A stretch of DNA of 52,876 bases from Candidatus Krumholzibacteriota bacterium (GTDB lineage: Bacteria; Krumholzibacteriota; Krumholzibacteriia; LZORAL124-64-63), in assembly GCA_039714075.1 (NCBI GenBank), contig JBDLKA010000013.1:1-52876 (forward strand), in the 5' to 3' direction. The position numbers and the translations under genes are program-made. Below, in pieces: positions 50,466 to 52,876 of the stretch. The notes under the pieces are model-generated. The model searched no databases, was not told the origin of the DNA, and was given only the letters and a program-made list of their open reading frames with translations. Positions within the stretch are counted from its first letter, which is position 1. Every line of letters begins with the position of its first letter.

Positions 50466-51929
50466 GTGAAGAACCTCCTCGCCCTCTGTCTTGTGCTCAT
50501 CCCCCAGCTTGTTTTTTCCCAAACCGATGTCAGCGGCAACCAGTCCGGTACCTGGACCGCCGCCGCTTCGCCCTATCGTGTCATCGGTGAGATCGTGGTG
50601 CCCGGCGGCCAGACGCTGATCATCGAACCTGGTGTGGAAGTCAATTTCCAGGACCACTATAAATTCACGGTCAACGGTTACCTGGAGGCGGTCGGGGCGG
50701 AAAACGATTCCATCTATTTCACCACGGACATCCCCGCTACCGGCTGGGGCGGCATTCGCATAGACTCCACCGACATCAGCCAACTGGGTTACTGCCGGAT
50801 CGAATACGGCAAGACCGCCGGTGAATTCCCCGACATGCACGGCGGCGGGTTGGCCCTGCTGGGGTCCGACGCCGTGGTTTCCAACTGTGTTTTTGCGGAC
50901 AACGACGCCACGGCCGACGACCTGGGTATGGGGGGCGCGGTGTATTGCATCAGTACCGGAAGCGGCTCCGGACCGCTGACTCGTTTTACGGATTGCCGGT
51001 TCATTCGCAATCACTGCTACGGTGAAGGCGGGGCCATCAAATTCACGGGCGACATGAACACCGAAATCACGAACTGCGAGTTCATTCAGAATGATTGCAA
51101 TTATGGAGGGGGCGCCATTTCCTGCTATTCGATTTACGGGACGAAACTGACCAGCTGCCTATTTGTCGACAACTACACGATGCACGGTGCCGGTGGCGCT
51201 CTGAATACACTCGGCAGCGGCAATGTGCTGTACCTGGCCAACTGCACCATTACCGGGAACACCGCCGTTACCGGTGATGGCGGCGCCGTCAATCTGGCTT
51301 ACGCCGAGGCCTTCATCGCCAATACCATCGTGTATGACAACCCTGGTATGTTCAGCGACGACATCAACCTGGATTTTGGAGGTTTCGCCGAAATCCACTT
51401 CAGCAATCTGACCATGCCGGGGGGTGCGACCGGTGCCAACAACATCGATGTCGACCCCCAGTTTGTCGACGCGGCCAACTACGACTTCCATCTGGCCGAA
51501 ACTTCGGACTGCGTCAATGCCGGTACGGATTACATCGTTCTCAATGGCGTGACGCTGGTTGATCTGGCGCCGGGGGAGTACTGCGACACGGCGCCGGACA
51601 TGGGCGTGTACGAATTCTGTTCCGCGTCCGGGGTGGAGGACCGCTCGTTGTCCCTGTTCGAGGTGGACCAGAACCATCCCAACCCGTTCAGCATCCGCAC
51701 GGCCGTCAATTACCGGCTGGCCACCGATGTGTTCGTCTCGGCCAAGGTATACGACCTCCGCGGGCATGAGATCCGGACTTTGCTGGGCACCAACCAGGCG
51801 GCTGGACCTTATTCGGTTTTCTGGAACGGTTTGAACAACTCCGGGCAGAAAGTCAGCCAGGGTCTGTATTTTTTACGGTTGCAGGCCGGGGATGAAGTGC
51901 GCAGCGTGCGGATGTTGCTGACGGATTAG
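50466..51929 (+). CDS. Secreted right-handed beta-helix protein with C-terminal FlgD-Ig/T9SS-like domain
   Basis: GTG 50466 behind GGAG; GTWTAAASPY.V.G..V..G.TLIIEPGV, FxxN/GGA repeats, DPQFVD; C-terminal QNHPNPFS..T...YDLRG..IRTL..WNG. Confidence 0.85.
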   Translation: MKNLLALCLVLIPQLVFSQTDVSGNQSGTWTAAASPYRVIGEIVVPGGQTLIIEPGVEVNFQDHYKFTVNGYLEAVGAENDSIYFTTDIPATGWGGIRIDSTDISQLGYCRIEYGKTAGEFPDMHGGGLALLGSDAVVSNCVFADNDATADDLGMGGAVYCISTGSGSGPLTRFTDCRFIRNHCYGEGGAIKFTGDMNTEITNCEFIQNDCNYGGGAISCYSIYGTKLTSCLFVDNYTMHGAGGALNTLGSGNVLYLANCTITGNTAVTGDGGAVNLAYAEAFIANTIVYDNPGMFSDDINLDFGGFAEIHFSNLTMPGGATGANNIDVDPQFVDAANYDFHLAETSDCVNAGTDYIVLNGVTLVDLAPGEYCDTAPDMGVYEFCSASGVEDRSLSLFEVDQNHPNPFSIRTAVNYRLATDVFVSAKVYDLRGHEIRTLLGTNQAAGPYSVFWNGLNNSGQKVSQGLYFLRLQAGDEVRSVRMLLTD

Positions 51930-52063
51930 TCGGCTGAATGGAATTGGTCGGCCCCATCGATTGGCATGGTCAGCCCCGTTTCCTTATCATCTTGAGGTAG
52001 CATTGTGGGGCAGGAATCCTTGCGAGCCGACACCTGGCAGGCTCAACTGTGAGGTGAAAAACC

Positions 52064-52876
52064 ATGTCTATACGGCAAATTCCCAGATCCATTCCGTTTC
52101 TTTTTATTCTCATTCTCACCCTCTTGACTGGCTGTTCCGACACGACCGAACCTGTACTGGACCAGAATGACGGCTCCGGCCGAATCGACCCGGCCGCCGG
52201 CTCCTTCATCCTGAAGTCGGTTGACGTGTCCATGGCAAACGGCCGCTTCGGGCGGCTTGACCTGGTGGGTTCGGATCTTGAGCTCGACGACGACGGCTTC
52301 CACATCGACCTGACCGTGGCCGTGCGCAACGCCGCCAACATCGGGTTGCCCGGACCGGTCACCCTGTGGCTGGGGCCCTTCAATCCCAACTCCGTTTTCG
52401 TAGCCAATCCCGACACGAGCCTACCGGTCGGATCCCTCATTCCGATTGACGGTTTCATTTACGATGCGGAATTCGGCGACGACCACATCCTCGAACCCGG
52501 CGAAACGTCGGCGGGAAAAACCTGGCGCTTCCGAACGCCGGATCAGGACTCGTTTTCCTTCGGCATCCGGGCCGTCACCAGCGCCGATCCCAACGGCCCG
52601 GTCATCGCGGGGATCTGCTTCATGGACCCGAACCGCAACGGTGTGCTGGATCCCGGCGAACGTACCCTGGCGCTCGGCCATATCAACGTCACCGCCCCGG
52701 ACAGCAAGCAGACCGTGATAACCATCGGCGGCGAAGGTCGTTACGTCTACCCGCTACATACAGCCGGGTTGCATCGTGTGGAGTACATTCCCTTTGACAC
52801 CTTTGCTCCCCTGGCCTACAGCACGCCGAATCCTCGTCACGTGCTCATCACACCTGGTCCGGACGGAGTGCTCCGC
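52064..52876 (+). CDS. Lipoprotein with SdrD B-like domain, 3' end outside window
   Basis: Manual translation from ATG 52064 behind GAGGTG: MSIRQIPRSIPFLFILILTLLTGCSD...IAGICFMDPNRNGVLDPGE...; open to the window end. Confidence 0.75.
   Translation, partial: MSIRQIPRSIPFLFILILTLLTGCSDTTEPVLDQNDGSGRIDPAAGSFILKSVDVSMANGRFGRLDLVGSDLELDDDGFHIDLTVAVRNAANIGLPGPVTLWLGPFNPNSVFVANPDTSLPVGSLIPIDGFIYDAEFGDDHILEPGETSAGKTWRFRTPDQDSFSFGIRAVTSADPNGPVIAGICFMDPNRNGVLDPGERTLALGHINVTAPDSKQTVITIGGEGRYVYPLHTAGLHRVEYIPFDTFAPLAYSTPNPRHVLITPGPDGVLR

Noticed and set aside
26710..52876. Integron cassette array or prophage in the accessory half
   Set aside because: Genes alternate in orientation and have their own promoters; no attC-like repeats, integrase, transposase or phage genes were recognised.

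Overview
GC-rich bacterial chromosome window. The C-terminal FlgD-Ig/T9SS-like tails, an SprA-like domain and a C-terminal WGxxK motif suggest an FCB-group candidate phylum such as Krumholzibacteriota/Latescibacterota; this is inference only. The left half (1-26.7 kb) is mostly core: ispG (partial), selB, recQ, rho-rpmE-DUF1385-prfA-prmC-murA-beta carbonic anhydrase, an ECF sigma/anti-sigma/Spy-CpxP module, a ychF-like gene, glgP and rocD. The right half is an accessory patchwork: a sigma54 two-component module bounded by a direct repeat, an SprA-domain lipoprotein, a VPS10/BNR propeller, a Ser/Thr kinase, a MazEF-like toxin-antitoxin pair, MarR-DUF2339 and secreted proteins. The standout is a ~480-nt highly structured, apparently non-coding element on the minus strand (about 25227 to 24750). 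It has its own sigma70 promoter overlapped by a palindromic operator and carries five AAGGA(U/G)-loop hairpins of CsrA/RsmA-site type. The last hairpin displays the Shine-Dalgarno of a downstream winged-helix regulator. It is a candidate CsrB/Rsm-like sponge fused as a leader to its own repressor. All calls were made by eye; no searches or folding computations were run.
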